NCBI GenBank assembly: GCA_964019425.1
Contig: OZ025780.1
Coordinates: 434,001 to 498,000, forward strand
Source of the DNA: Flectonema sp. DT1601
Lineage: Eukaryota
Length of the DNA stretch: 64,000 bases
Reading direction: 5' to 3'
The notes beneath the pieces are model-generated. The model saw nothing but the letters and a program-made list of their open reading frames with translations, had not been told where the DNA came from and ran no database searches. The position numbers and the translations under genes were made by a program. Of the stretch, positions 11,001-22,351 are shown one piece after another. The stretch's first letter is position 1. Each line of letters starts with the position of its first letter.

Positions 11001-13095
11001 ACTTTTTCTGAATTGACTTATTTATCTTATAATCAAAATCTACTTCCTCTTGATTAAACGACAATGATATAGAATGAATATAAATTGGAAATGAACAACA
11101 AGTTGAAAGCTTAACAGCTATCTCACACTCAGTATGAACAGAAACTGACGGTTTATTAAACCTTACTTCAGTCTTCAACATCCGATGGTTCCACGGGATA
11201 GGAACAGATCCCTCGGTGTACTCCTTCTGACTTATCATATTGGCTAAGAGAGATTGCCTAACCTCTGGTGTGTTATTCGGAGTGTCAACAACATTATAAT
11301 TAGAGAGATAAAGAAGAGCTGTTTGAATGTAATCTTGTGTTTGATTACTCGCCTTTGCGAGTTCCATTTTTAGTTGTAATGCTGAATCGAAATATTGACC
11401 AAATGGACATTCTTTAATTCCATTTAATACTTCTTGGAGTTGTTTATCTGCTTCATCGTATTGACGAAGTGCCATGCAGCATCGAGCCATTAAGAGTGAG
11501 ATTGTTTGTGAGACTCTTTTCAATCCTCGTCGGTGAAATGCTTGTTTAGCTTTTCCACATACTGCGAGTATTTCATTTTCATAGGAAATTGTTTTTTCAT
11601 ATTGTAAAAGTTTTGCGAGGTATGCGAGTTCTGTCGGTTCACCTCCCCAGGTTTGACCAACGAAAGAATCTCGAGACACTGGCTTCTCATCACAAGGTTC
11701 AGGATCACCGTGAATAGCTATTAAAGTAGCAACATGATTCCTTCGGTCTTCAATAGCGAATGCTGCAGACTGGAGATAGTATCCTGGATTTGAATATTCA
11801 CTTCCATCAGATGTCGATTGCTGAGTTCCTCTTGCAGCCTTTCTTTCAAGTAACCATGCAAACTGATCATTCTGCCTGGCGATTGCGATATAATGAAGTA
11901 GTTGAGCAGTTGGTGACTTTGATGGTAGCTGTTGAACTGTTGGAGATGCAGGCTCACCAGATACAACCGATGAAGGAATACCTATGGTACTGGCTAAATG
12001 ACTTGATCTACCAGTCGATGATCCTTCTTCTCGAGTATCACTGTGCTGAGGACTTAACGGAGCTCTAAAAGATGACAACTTCGGACTCGCTGCGCTGTCA
12101 GAAAATCTCGATCGACTTCCACCTGATGTCACTGCTCGCATGGTTAATTCTGAACAAGTTTTATACCAATTCATGTGTTCTCTAAAGATTTTAATCGCTG
12201 TAACCATTTTAGGAACCTCGTCGTAAAGTAATCTTGTTAAGCAGATGCGAAACATTATCATTTCTGAAGCTGCTTTTATTTCAGATACGCTGGTCTTATC
12301 TGCGCTCAAGAACCGAACGTACTCATAAGCCTGAGAATAATATTTAAGAGACAGGTCGACTTGCCGTTGAGTTTCCATGTGATAAGCAATTTTAAATCTA
12401 TGACGAGGTTGAAGTTTTTTATGAGCTGTTTCTTTGAATCGTTTAATCCTACGACATTCTTCCTTGTAGTATGACAATGAGAAATCTTGAGCTGTTTGTA
12501 ATATTTTTTTTATCGGATCAGACGTGTTTTTTCCACCCAAATAACAAAGCGTCACATTCTTCGCAGCTTCAATGTCACAACGTTTTCTAATTGCTGAAGG
12601 ACAAGATTCCGGTCTTTCATAAAAAGGAGGTCTATCTTTCGTTGTTATAATCACAACAAGAAGCTTAGTGAGTCTACCACGAAGTCGATACTGAACTTTA
12701 CTGATGATTGCTTCTGATCCAGTTTCGAATGATTCTCTGCTGGAAAAGTCATCAATTTTTATGAGGACAATAACACAACCAAATATCTCTGTTTGATGTC
12801 TCTTACACCAATCTGATTTCAATAGCCCCTCTGGTGCTGAGTGTTCAACAGGTCCAGTGTTCTCACGTTTTTTACGTATCAGATCAGGGTGGTCCAAAGG
12901 ATAGAAATTAACAGCTAAATCTCCTTGATTTTGTTTTCTACATTTCTCAAGAACCTGAATAACGTCTCTGTGATAGTCATTACATCCAACCAGTCCAATT
13001 GTTGGAGATGGCTGCTCTATTGATGTGTACCACTTAAAACCATCAGGTTCCAGACTGCTTGACACACACATTGGGGGGATGTTCGCCTCCATCAT
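8012..13095 (-). CDS. TRAPPC11: TRAPP complex subunit 11 (foie gras-like), 3 exons, ~1192 aa
   Basis: Exons 13095-10712, 9281-9191, 9115-8012. GT-AG introns 10711-9282 (1430 nt, repeat-filled) and 9190-9116 (75 nt). Splicing gives HQ|PPALLGEAY. GLLKSDW, RHRFKIAY, NPGYY and a C-terminal WSG...LIPVFPGMVRLP Ig-like domain are typical of the family. Confidence 0.8.
9365..10662. repeat. Tandem array 1 of a 187-189 bp unit (~6.9 copies) inside TRAPPC11 intron 1
   Basis: Marker GTACTCTTCCGGGGG recurs at 9365, 9552, 9740, 9928, 10116, 10304 and 10492. Confidence 0.97.
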
Positions 13096-13466
13096 TGTTG
13101 TGTCAGTTTTTTTTTCTGTTTTATATAAAAAAGAATTTTCAAACTTGTCAAAAAAAAATATTTATTAAAATATATATATCTAGAGAGACAATAACAATAT
13201 TCCTCGAGAGTTAATTGCGTTGTGTGAATTTAATTCACACGATGACTGCAAAACAAACAAACAAAAAGAAAACTATCCAAATAAAGCCTTGTTGTATTAT
13301 GTGTCGATCGCAGACAGTAAATACTGACATTTGACATTAATAAATAGGTTCTTAATCTGAACAGTTTCTACTCCGACTTCGTCGGTGCAAAAAAAAAAAA
13401 AAACGTTTTTTTGTGCGTTCCGGCTTTCCAAAAAGAAATGACCTCACGCAGGATCAAAGTTCTCAT

Positions 13467-13976
13467 TTAGTTGCGACACGAGTTATTCCACTTCATGTAG
13501 TCAGGTGAAACGGAGCAAAGAGGGCACACATTTCTGTACTGACAGTCCACACCTGACATGTAGCCTCTCCAAACAAAGGGTTTTGGTGCTGCTGACTGAG
13601 AAACACCTGTGTAGTTGGCACCACAACCAGGACAGTCTTGAGAAAAACTATCAACAAAGTGATTCGTTGTTCCGTATGATAGAATAGTTCCTATCCACTT
13701 GGAAGAGGCAGACTGTGAATACACTGCCATGAAATTACCGACTAGCGTTTCAGATTTTGAGAACCCACCACCTTTACAGAAGATTCCCTCAGCAGTAGCA
13801 TTACACGAACACATACAATAGTAACCGTCGTAATGTTCTTTTAGACCACCATCGAGATACAAACCACTTTCCCACCAATGCTGTGCTCCTACGAACTTTG
13901 CCGCATCTTCTGTGGAGTATCCTGCGGCAGTACAGGTTGCTATCAGAGTTAGCATTAATACGAGACTGGTTCTCAT
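13467..13976 (-). CDS. Small secreted Cys-rich hypothetical protein
   Basis: 169-aa ORF with a hydrophobic signal peptide (MRTSLVLMLTLIATCTA) and several Cys. No family recognised. Confidence 0.65.
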   Translation of the reverse strand: MRTSLVLMLTLIATCTAAGYSTEDAAKFVGAQHWWESGLYLDGGLKEHYDGYYCMCSCNATAEGIFCKGGGFSKSETLVGNFMAVYSQSASSKWIGTILSYGTTNHFVDSFSQDCPGCGANYTGVSQSAAPKPFVWRGYMSGVDCQYRNVCPLCSVSPDYMKWNNSCRN

Positions 13977-14275
13977 TTTTTTTTTATTTGTTTTTTTTTT
14001 TGAGATTATACTTGTTACAAAAAATTGAAAATAGTAATTTTTTTTTTTTTTTTTTGAAATAACTCACTCACCTACATTGCAACTCCAGTTCCTCATGAAG
14101 ATGTTTTGACTGGATAAAAGTAAACAATAAATCAAGTTATCTTTTTTCCCCTTTTTTTATTTTCTTATTTGCAAACCAAAAACCATCAAACAAAATAAAA
14201 AAAAATTAAATAAAAATACTTCTTATTCAGAAGCTTATCAAATAATCCTACTCCTCCTCAAGTCTCGTGTAAGTA

Positions 14276-14917
14276 TTAAATTAATTTTGTTATCCCCTGG
14301 GCGGATTTGTCAATCACCAGGGTTATGATCATTTTCTTATTGTCTGATTCCCATTTTGCTGATCCTCTTGTTGTTAATACTTTTCTTTGAAGGGGAAGAA
14401 TCAATCGATAATTAGGCGATCTGAGATCTATAGAATCGGAATTAACATCGAGCTTGATGTCTTTGGCGGCTGACTCTTTTGGAAGTTCAATTCGTATAAC
14501 CATTTCTTCGCAGGAGGAGGAGGAGGGATCTTTTTCATAATCAAGTCCAAGAAAGATGTCATTTGACCCAACTTGTTGTTTGTAAAGAATTTCGTGTTCA
14601 GGACGTTCTCTCTTCTCCAACACTGCGAGGTCAACTATTTCATCTGCGTCCCAAATATCCTTCTCGTCAATTGGTATTTTCTTACGTGGTTTTTCCTTTG
14701 AAAAACTTACCCCCGCAGCAGCAGTTGCTGCTGATACTTTTGGACCAAAATCACCAGGAGTCGCACCAGACTTTACCGCCGCAGGTTCTTGTCCTGCAGT
14801 TGAACCAGAGTAACCTGTGACTCGCTTTCCTTGTGCTCTGTCTGTTTCCCATTTACGTTGTGCTGCTCCTTCCGGATCACACATCTCCATCAGTGCTGAC
14901 ATGTCCATTTCATTCAT
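14276..14917 (-). CDS. DNAAF6: PIH1D3/DNAAF6-like dynein assembly factor
   Basis: DIWD...RERPEHEILYKQQVGSNDIFLG..KDPSSSSCEEMVIRIELP followed by a CS domain ending SAKW. Confidence 0.8.
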   Translation of the reverse strand: MNEMDMSALMEMCDPEGAAQRKWETDRAQGKRVTGYSGSTAGQEPAAVKSGATPGDFGPKVSAATAAAGVSFSKEKPRKKIPIDEKDIWDADEIVDLAVLEKRERPEHEILYKQQVGSNDIFLGLDYEKDPSSSSCEEMVIRIELPKESAAKDIKLDVNSDSIDLRSPNYRLILPLQRKVLTTRGSAKWESDNKKMIITLVIDKSAQGITKLI

Positions 14918-15208
14918 TATAGTTGTGTTGGTGGTTATGTCTGAGGTGATGATGTTGTAAAGTTATGTGTTTAAAAAGAAAAAAAATGACATTTCCAATC
15001 CCTTTGTCATTTGTCTTTTGTAGCTGCGATCACTCTCACCTGTGAAAGGAACTGTTATTACAGTGTGTTGGTTTTTTTTTTTTTCCAATAAATCTAACCG
15101 GTCGTTAGCACGCTCCGATGAGCGTACATATCAGACCCGTAATGCAGATAAGCTGCTTGTTGCTTTGCGATAAATTCGATTGGTAGTCAAAAAACGGTTT
15201 AAATGAGT

Positions 15209-18126
15209 TCAAACAACCCCACACTCAGCCAGTACTGAGGGGATCTTAGCTGATAATTCAGATTGATAAATATCAGATTTACTATTACTATTATCAGTTG
15301 TTATGAATTGAGTTATCTCTGATACGAATGATGAAGTGTCAGGATACCCACCATGTTCTAATTTAATGCTAATCGTTTGGATATCATGAGGCGTTGACGA
15401 CTGAGTACCTGGATATGGTCTGTGATACATTCCTCTATCATCATGAAGTGTTAATATTTCAAGTACTCGTTGCATTTCAGAGTAGTACGGTACTTTAGCA
15501 ATAACTTCTTCTCGAAAATCTTTAAATTCTGATGGAAGAATTACATTCAAGATATGATCAGCTTCTCTGTATGAAGTGGTGTCTGGAAGATTCCAAATTT
15601 TAACATTTCTGTAGACCATTTCCAATTTCATCATTACCATCTCAGTAGTTGTGATTTCTCCAAACATAATTTTATTTCTTATATCATCAAGAAATACAAC
15701 TCTTGGCGTTGATGATATTCTCTCTTCAGATACCTGTTTGCGATGTTGTTGTTTATATTTAAGAGACAGTTAACTTAATAAGGAGGTGTGTTATTGGTGA
15801 GTTTCTTTATACAATTATCCAAAACTAATCTTCCCCACAGTTCCTAAATAGGATACACTAAGAGTGAGTGTTCCTTGGTCCCAGCGGGGTGTGTTCTTCA
15901 TCTTTTCAACGCACTCTTCCGGGGGTCTGGTGGTAACCATCTCCATAAACAAAAGGAGAGCAACCGTGGAGTTAATTCCGGGTGTGAGTTTTCTTTATAC
16001 AATTATCCAAAACTAATCTTCCCCACAGTTCCTAAATAGGATACACTAAGAGTGAGTGTTCCTTGGTCCCAGCGGGGTGTGTTCTTCATCTTTTCAACGC
16101 ACTCTTCCGGGGGTCTGGTGGTAACCATCTCCATAAACAAAAGGAGAGCAACCGTGGAGTTAATTCCGGGTGTGAGTTTTCTTTATATAATTATCCAAAA
16201 CTAATCTTCCCCACAGTTCCTAAATAGGATACACTAAGAGTGAGTGTTCCTTGGTCCCAGCGGGGTGTGTTCTTCATCTTTTCAACGTACTCTTCCGGGG
16301 GTCTGGTGGTAACCATCTCCATAAACAAAAGGAGAGCAACCGTGGAGTTAATTCCGGGTGTGAGTTTTCTTTATACAATTATCTAAAACTAATCTTCCCC
16401 ACAGTTCCTAAATAGGATACACTAAGAGTGAGTGTTCCTTGGTCCCAGCGGGGTGTGTTCTTCATCTTTTCAACGTACTCTTCCGGGGGTCTGGTGGTAA
16501 CCATCTCCATAAACAAAAGGAGAGCAACCGTGGAGTTAATTCCGGGTGTGAGTTTTCTTTATACAATTATCTAAAACTAATCTTCCCCACAGTTCCTAAA
16601 TAGGATACACTAAGAGTGAGTGTTCCTTGGTCCCAGCGGGGTGTGTTCTTCATCTTTTCAACGTACTCTTCCGGGGGTCTGGTGGTAACCATCTCCATAA
16701 ACAAAAGGAGAGCAACCGTGGAGTTAATTCCGGGTGTGAGTTTCTTTATACAATTATCCAAAACTAATCTTCCCCACAGTTCCTAAATAGGATACACTAA
16801 GAGTGAGTGTTCCTTGGTCCCAGCGGGGTGTGTTCTTCATCTTTTCAACGTACTCTTCCGGGGGTCTGGTGGTAACCATCTCCATAAACAAAAGGAGAGC
16901 AACCGTGGAGTTAATTCCGGGTGTGAGTTTTCTTTATACAATTATCCAAAACTAATCTTCCCCACAGTTCCTAAATAGGATACACTAAGAGTGAGTGTTC
17001 CTTGGTCCCAGCGGGGTGTGTTCTTCATCTTTTCAACGCACTCTTCCGGGGGTCTGGTGGTAACCATCTCCATAAACAAAAGGAGAGCAACCGTGGAGTT
17101 AATTCCGGGTGTGAGTTTTCTTTATATAATTATCCAAAACTAATCTTCCCCACAGTTCCTAAATAGGATACACTAAGAGTGAGTGTTCCTTGGTCCCAGC
17201 GGGGTGTGTTCTTCATCTTTTCAACGTACTCTTCCGGGGGTCTGGTGGTAACCATCTCCACAAACAAAAGGAGAGCAACCGTGGAGTTAATTCCGGGTGT
17301 GAGTTTCTTTATACAATTATCCAAAACTGATCTTCCCCACAGTTCCTAAATAGGATACACTAAGAGTGAGTGTTCCTTGGTCCCAGCGGGGTGTGTTCCT
17401 CATCTTTTCAACGTACTCTTCCGGGGGTCTGGTGGTAACCATCTCCATAAACAAAAGGAGAGCAACCGTGGAGTTAATTCCGGGTGTGAGTTTTCTTTAT
17501 ACAATTATCTAAAACTAATCTTCCCCACAGTTCCTAAATAGGATACACTAAGAGTGAGTGTTCCTTGGTCCCAGCGGGGTGTGTTCTTTAATAGAAAAAA
17601 AACATACCTTTAGGGGAAGACAAAACGATTCGCTAAGATCTCGCTTAATTAATTTATCAACAACTTGTAGTAAGTGTGATGATTGTTTATTATTTCTCTT
17701 TTTTTGAGAAGAACAGTCAGTAAGAGACTGTTTTCCACAACAATACAGAACAATATCATACGGCTCCAGACCTCCACTTCTTAAAATGCCAGGTAAGAGG
17801 TCAAGGATAGAGATGGCTACAGCTCTCGTAGTCGGACTGTGTTGGGATTCCAGTTGTGAAAGATTAGTTTTAAGAAGACATTTTTGAAAACACTTTTCAG
17901 ATTGAAAAGTTTTAGCGATCAGTTTGCTTTCTATTTTACTAATTTCATCCCAGTAGCTATCAGTACCGTCAGTAGCTCCTCTCAACGTTGAGATTACCTT
18001 CCATGCTAATGAATAGTCAAGGGGACGTTTATCATTTGTACTTTGTGAATTTTCTGTTTCATCTTCTCGACTGATATCAATACCCCACTTGGTATGTCTT
18101 CCTCCTCCCCAAAGTACTGACGCCAT
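15209..18126 (-). CDS. Protein with degenerate tandem bromodomain-like regions, 2 exons, ~347 aa
   Basis: Exons 18126-17608 and 15733-15209. GT-AG intron 17607-15734 (1874 nt, repeat-filled) joins LPLK|VSEER in frame. Bromodomain-like segments: FLDDIRNKI...NVKIWNLPDTTSYREA and PHDIQTISIKLEHGGY...F. Confidence 0.6.
15797..17588. repeat. Tandem array 2 of the same 187-188 bp unit (~9.5 copies) inside the bromodomain-like gene intron
   Basis: Same unit and orientation as array 1. Starts at GTGAG (15797) and ends at GGGGTGTGTTCTT (17588). Confidence 0.97.
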
Positions 18127-18381
18127 ACAACTACTTTATTACCTGAAAGTGAATAAAGTAACACCTAGAGTAGACCAATTAGTATTCTTCAGAATATAAA
18201 GGAAATCGCCAACCCCCGTTGTAGACAAACGAGGAGTGACAGTTGCTCGGTTTTGGTTAAACAAGAAAAAAACAAAAACAGTCAAGAAGGAATCTAATCG
18301 AAGGAAGGGGAAGTAGACGGTACGCTGACACGAAAACGTTCCTAAAAGAAGGTTTTATTTAAGCTGCTTCACTTGACCAAC

Positions 18382-20232
18382 TCAACCACCAGAACTAGAA
18401 GCTTGCGCGTACATCAGCTCTCTAATGAATGATAGATCAGGTGGAGGTAGTTTCTTCAAAACAGCTGCTTTGACAACAAGTTCTGCCGACCCTTCCATTG
18501 CAGCAACCTTCAGAAGTGCACTTGGATCTGTGACTTCTGTCCAGCTGTAATTGTTACCACGAAAAGTTGCAAAACTACGACCAGAATTATATTCCAAAAT
18601 ACAACCCGTTGAAGTTCCGTGGATTCGTTTTGGACACTCAGTGTTGGTTGGGTTGAACTTCGCACTCCAAACGATCTTAAGAGAAGCTAATGAGATGCAT
18701 TCTGTTCTCTTCCTTCCAGATAATATTAATCTGTCTTCTTTTGTGTATGAGATTGTGTGAAGCTTTCCAGCACTAAAACAATTATCAACAATACTTGAGT
18801 AGATGATCTCTGAACGAGATTGATCTAAAACTGTTACTTTGATACTATCGTCTTGGGCTTCCAGTGATATCCTTCCAGCTGATGATTTCTGTGGAGCTGG
18901 TGATTGTTGTGGCGGCGGCTCATCATCAGATCCAATTTGAATTTCGTTCTCCCTGACTGTCGGTTGTCTCGGTGGTGTAGTTGCTTTTCTTCTTTTTATA
19001 TTTTTATTTCTTCTTTTTTTTGAATTCCCTTCATTCTCTGAACTGCTAAACAGGTCTTCAAGATTTTTTTTCTTATCCGCAGGCTTCGGTTTTGCCGCCT
19101 TCGCTACAGGTTTTAATCCTTTTCTTTGTCGTAATTTTTCTTTGGATTTTTCACGTTCTTTTTTAGTCATTTTTGGGAGGGGATTTCCTTCTGGTTTTGA
19201 AGACTTGAAACCTTTTGCTAAAGAATCAACAGCTAGTTTAACCAAACCATCACCGCCTGCGATTGATATTATATTTTTATCAGATGAATCGACGAACGAA
19301 CAGAGCGACGGTGATCGACCGTGAAAGAGATCAAGACACCACAAAATACAATTCGAGTGGTAATTCCAACACAACACACCCCCTGGATAAGTTGTCGACA
19401 AAAAGACGTGATGATCACTACATCGATCTGAAAAAACTCCTTTTTGAATACTTCTACGCGGTTTTTTTATAGCAACTGGATGCATTTGAAGTTGCTTTGA
19501 CGGATTGCTTGATGAAAACATCTCGACCTCTAATGTAACAGCGCAGTCAATAAGTGTTATAAGTAGAATGCTACTTGAATGATGCCATGCAATGCAACAC
19601 GATCCTGGGATTGGTAATTCTGTTTCAGATTCGGAATCGGACGTGGCTCGGATTGCCGTGTCATTATTTTTAAAGATATATTGTCCACAATGACTTGATG
19701 TGTCTGGTTTGAATAGAGTAGCCTTATCACTTTCTAACACAGCCAGTAATCCGGATGTTTCACACCATGCTAGAGCTATTGCGTTTGATTGAAGTAGAAT
19801 CGGTTTTAGTTTGGCTTCCGGAGGGAAGATAACATCTCTACTGACGAGAGCAAGAGCACTTCCATGAGGTGTGTAGCAGGATGCTATGATGTCGCAAGGA
19901 GCTTTTCTAGTTCTAATTTTATTTCCCGTCTTGATGTCATAAACGTGACCAACACCACAACACGTCGCGAATAACTCTTTCATGTCACCAGACACAGAGA
20001 TGTTATCGACAGGTTTCGGTAGGATAGCTATGACTTCGTCATTGCCGTTAGTTTTCCATATCAGTTTCCAACTTCTTCCTCCCACAGTATTAAAACCAGC
20101 GTATGAGACTGCTATGAGACTATTTAAGACAAGACAGGTATCAGAAAGTATTAATTCCTTTTGATTTTTAAATATAGAATTCCAATTGCTAACCTCACAT
20201 GAGATTAATCCTTCAGCTGTCTGCTTCGGCAT
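18382..20232 (-). CDS. Hypothetical protein, possibly a WD40/beta-propeller with a basic low-complexity insert
   Basis: ~616-aa ORF with beta-repeat-like segments (ALAWCETSGLLAV, CIAWHHSS, VLCWNY) and a K/R-rich linker. Confidence 0.55.
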   Translation of the reverse strand: MPKQTAEGLISCEVSNWNSIFKNQKELILSDTCLVLNSLIAVSYAGFNTVGGRSWKLIWKTNGNDEVIAILPKPVDNISVSGDMKELFATCCGVGHVYDIKTGNKIRTRKAPCDIIASCYTPHGSALALVSRDVIFPPEAKLKPILLQSNAIALAWCETSGLLAVLESDKATLFKPDTSSHCGQYIFKNNDTAIRATSDSESETELPIPGSCCIAWHHSSSILLITLIDCAVTLEVEMFSSSNPSKQLQMHPVAIKKPRRSIQKGVFSDRCSDHHVFLSTTYPGGVLCWNYHSNCILWCLDLFHGRSPSLCSFVDSSDKNIISIAGGDGLVKLAVDSLAKGFKSSKPEGNPLPKMTKKEREKSKEKLRQRKGLKPVAKAAKPKPADKKKNLEDLFSSSENEGNSKKRRNKNIKRRKATTPPRQPTVRENEIQIGSDDEPPPQQSPAPQKSSAGRISLEAQDDSIKVTVLDQSRSEIIYSSIVDNCFSAGKLHTISYTKEDRLILSGRKRTECISLASLKIVWSAKFNPTNTECPKRIHGTSTGCILEYNSGRSFATFRGNNYSWTEVTDPSALLKVAAMEGSAELVVKAAVLKKLPPPDLSFIRELMYAQASSSGG

Positions 20233-20666
20233 CACCGGTAGGCTGGTTTTTTTAAAAATAAAAAAAAGAAATTATCCTTTACCAAGAATCAGACCTCCAC
20301 AGTATAATAATAAGGCAGTAGTGTACCTCAATAGGTTTAACTTCTTTTTTTTTTTTTTTTTTTGGTTAGCAAGGCAACACATAAAATAAAGAAGAAGAAG
20401 AAGGTGTGAAAATAAATATAAAAAAAAATAAGATGCAGTGCAGAAACACGCAATAATAATAAAATAACTGAAAGGGGGGGAAATTGATACTTTTTTTGAG
20501 GTAAAACATGGGAAGGAAAAAAAAAAAAAAAGTAATCCTTTGAATAGCCTTACGGCGTTCAGTTGGGTGATGCACAACATTGTAGTGTGGCATAATTTCA
20601 AACAACCGATTCACCTCCGAATGATCTCCGAACACAGAAGGTAATAATATTGTTGTCAAACTGCTA

Positions 20667-21925
20667 TTATTTCAGCCATGATGGAAACTTTAACTTGCAG
20701 CAGAGAGGAGATTGCTGGCTGTGTTGTTGTTGTTGCTTTGTTCGCGAATCGATATCATGTAACTGAATCGCATTGGCATGAAGAAAATAAAAACATAAAA
20801 ACAACCATACCTGTGAGACACTACTGGATGAATAGAATTACGTGTTTTAGCAATTAGCAGGTGAACAGAATCAGTGTGTAGTTGTGGAAGCGGACGGGTG
20901 ACAAAGTGAATAGAGACGTGTCTCTTTGGTGTTGAAGAACCTTTTACCATTGCCTCATCAAAAACTGATAACACTGTCCCGTGATAAGTCGTGTTCGGTT
21001 CTAGGCCGCATATGTCAGCAGAACGAGAGCGGGTTGTTATGGTTTTGAAAAATGATTTTCCGTAATTCTCAGATACCATCACCCGAAAGCTTTCAGGTTG
21101 GATTCCCAACGGTGAATCCCACTTCAGCCTCACAGTGTTACTATCAATGTGATTGATTGTTAACGATTTCGGATTTAAATGCGACTTGCTGTTGTTTTTT
21201 CTAACAACGTGAACAGGATGGGGTGCCCTCGTTAATCGATTCTTGTTCTTACTCCCATCAAGAGTTACAAAAGGCGTCGTTGTCGGAGGCAATCTTGTTG
21301 ACGGCACACCACCGGGTCTTCTTATACTTTTCACTATTAACTTGTGTTGTTTATCTCGTTCTTTTTTACATAATTTAGTTTTTTGTCGTTCTCTTGTCTG
21401 TTTCTCAGGATCCTCACAAGAAACAGCAGCTCTTTTAACGATATTGTTTTTGGAAGCTGACACAGGAGAGAGTTTCGGAGTTGCGATGGAAGTCCGCGTA
21501 GTACTGTTCACTTTTGTTGATGTTCGGCTTGAAGGTCGTTTTAGTTTTGCAGCAGTAGCCACCGGATGTGATTTTTTTTCAATAATTTTCTTCTCATTCG
21601 GAGATGCTTTACTTGAGTTGTAGCTGGAATTTGAATTACTGTAGCTTCCTGTCCTTGAAAAGGATGTGACTGCTGTCTCAGGTGAGTTCAGGTTATGCTG
21701 TTGAACAGGGGAGCTCATGCTGTATGAATCAGAGAACGATTCGCTTGATATTGACGATGATTGACTTTGTTGCTGAGTCTTTTCATCACTACTACTGTTG
21801 GATGTTAAATCATTAATTTCATTACCAGCATCTGATTTCTTTTCATCATCAGCTGCCGATGAGTAGGATGACGAGTCAATGTCTACTTCGTCACTATCAC
21901 TGCTATAGTCCTCTTCATCATCCAT
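20667..21925 (-). CDS. Ser/Asp-rich protein with one fibronectin type III domain
   Basis: FN3-like PKSLTI..IDSNTVRLKWDSP...GLEPNTTY. A probable intron 20810-20719 gives a short last exon ending at TAA 20667; the 3' end is tentative. Confidence 0.55.
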
Positions 21926-22351
21926 TTGTTTTGTATCTGAAAAGGAATGAGAGTCGTATTATTATTTTTTTGTTAATTAATCATACAGAAATGTGACAAA
22001 AAAGACTTTACAGAGATCTCGTTAAGCAGTTATAAGTTTTTTTTTTTTTTTTTTTTTTTTTTCACACAAAAAAAAAAGAACTATCTAATTAAAAAAAAGA
22101 AAAAATTGAAAATATACACATCAAAAAAAAAAAAAAAATCCACACCAATTAAACAAATGAAGAATAATAGATCCCCTCTATGAGGGTCAATAACTAAAAA
22201 GGGTAAAAAATAAGTCGAAAATCTAATAACCTTTCTTTAACAAAGAAGGTTCATCAGCTCACAGTAACCGCTCTTCACTAAGAGGGCTGATACTAAAGTG
22301 TAGTTTAGTTTGGTTTGGTTTGTAAGGAGGTTTCTCTTCTCTCAAAGGGTG

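Noticed and set aside
16567..17324. 64-aa ORFs (MDNCIKKLTPG...) in the repeat
   Set aside because: They start at TTG, appear only where a 1-nt deletion shifts the frame, and lie inside an intron. The unit length is not a multiple of 3.
9365..17588. CRISPR array interpretation of the tandem repeats
   Set aside because: Whole units repeat with no unique spacers, there are no cas genes, and the context is eukaryotic.
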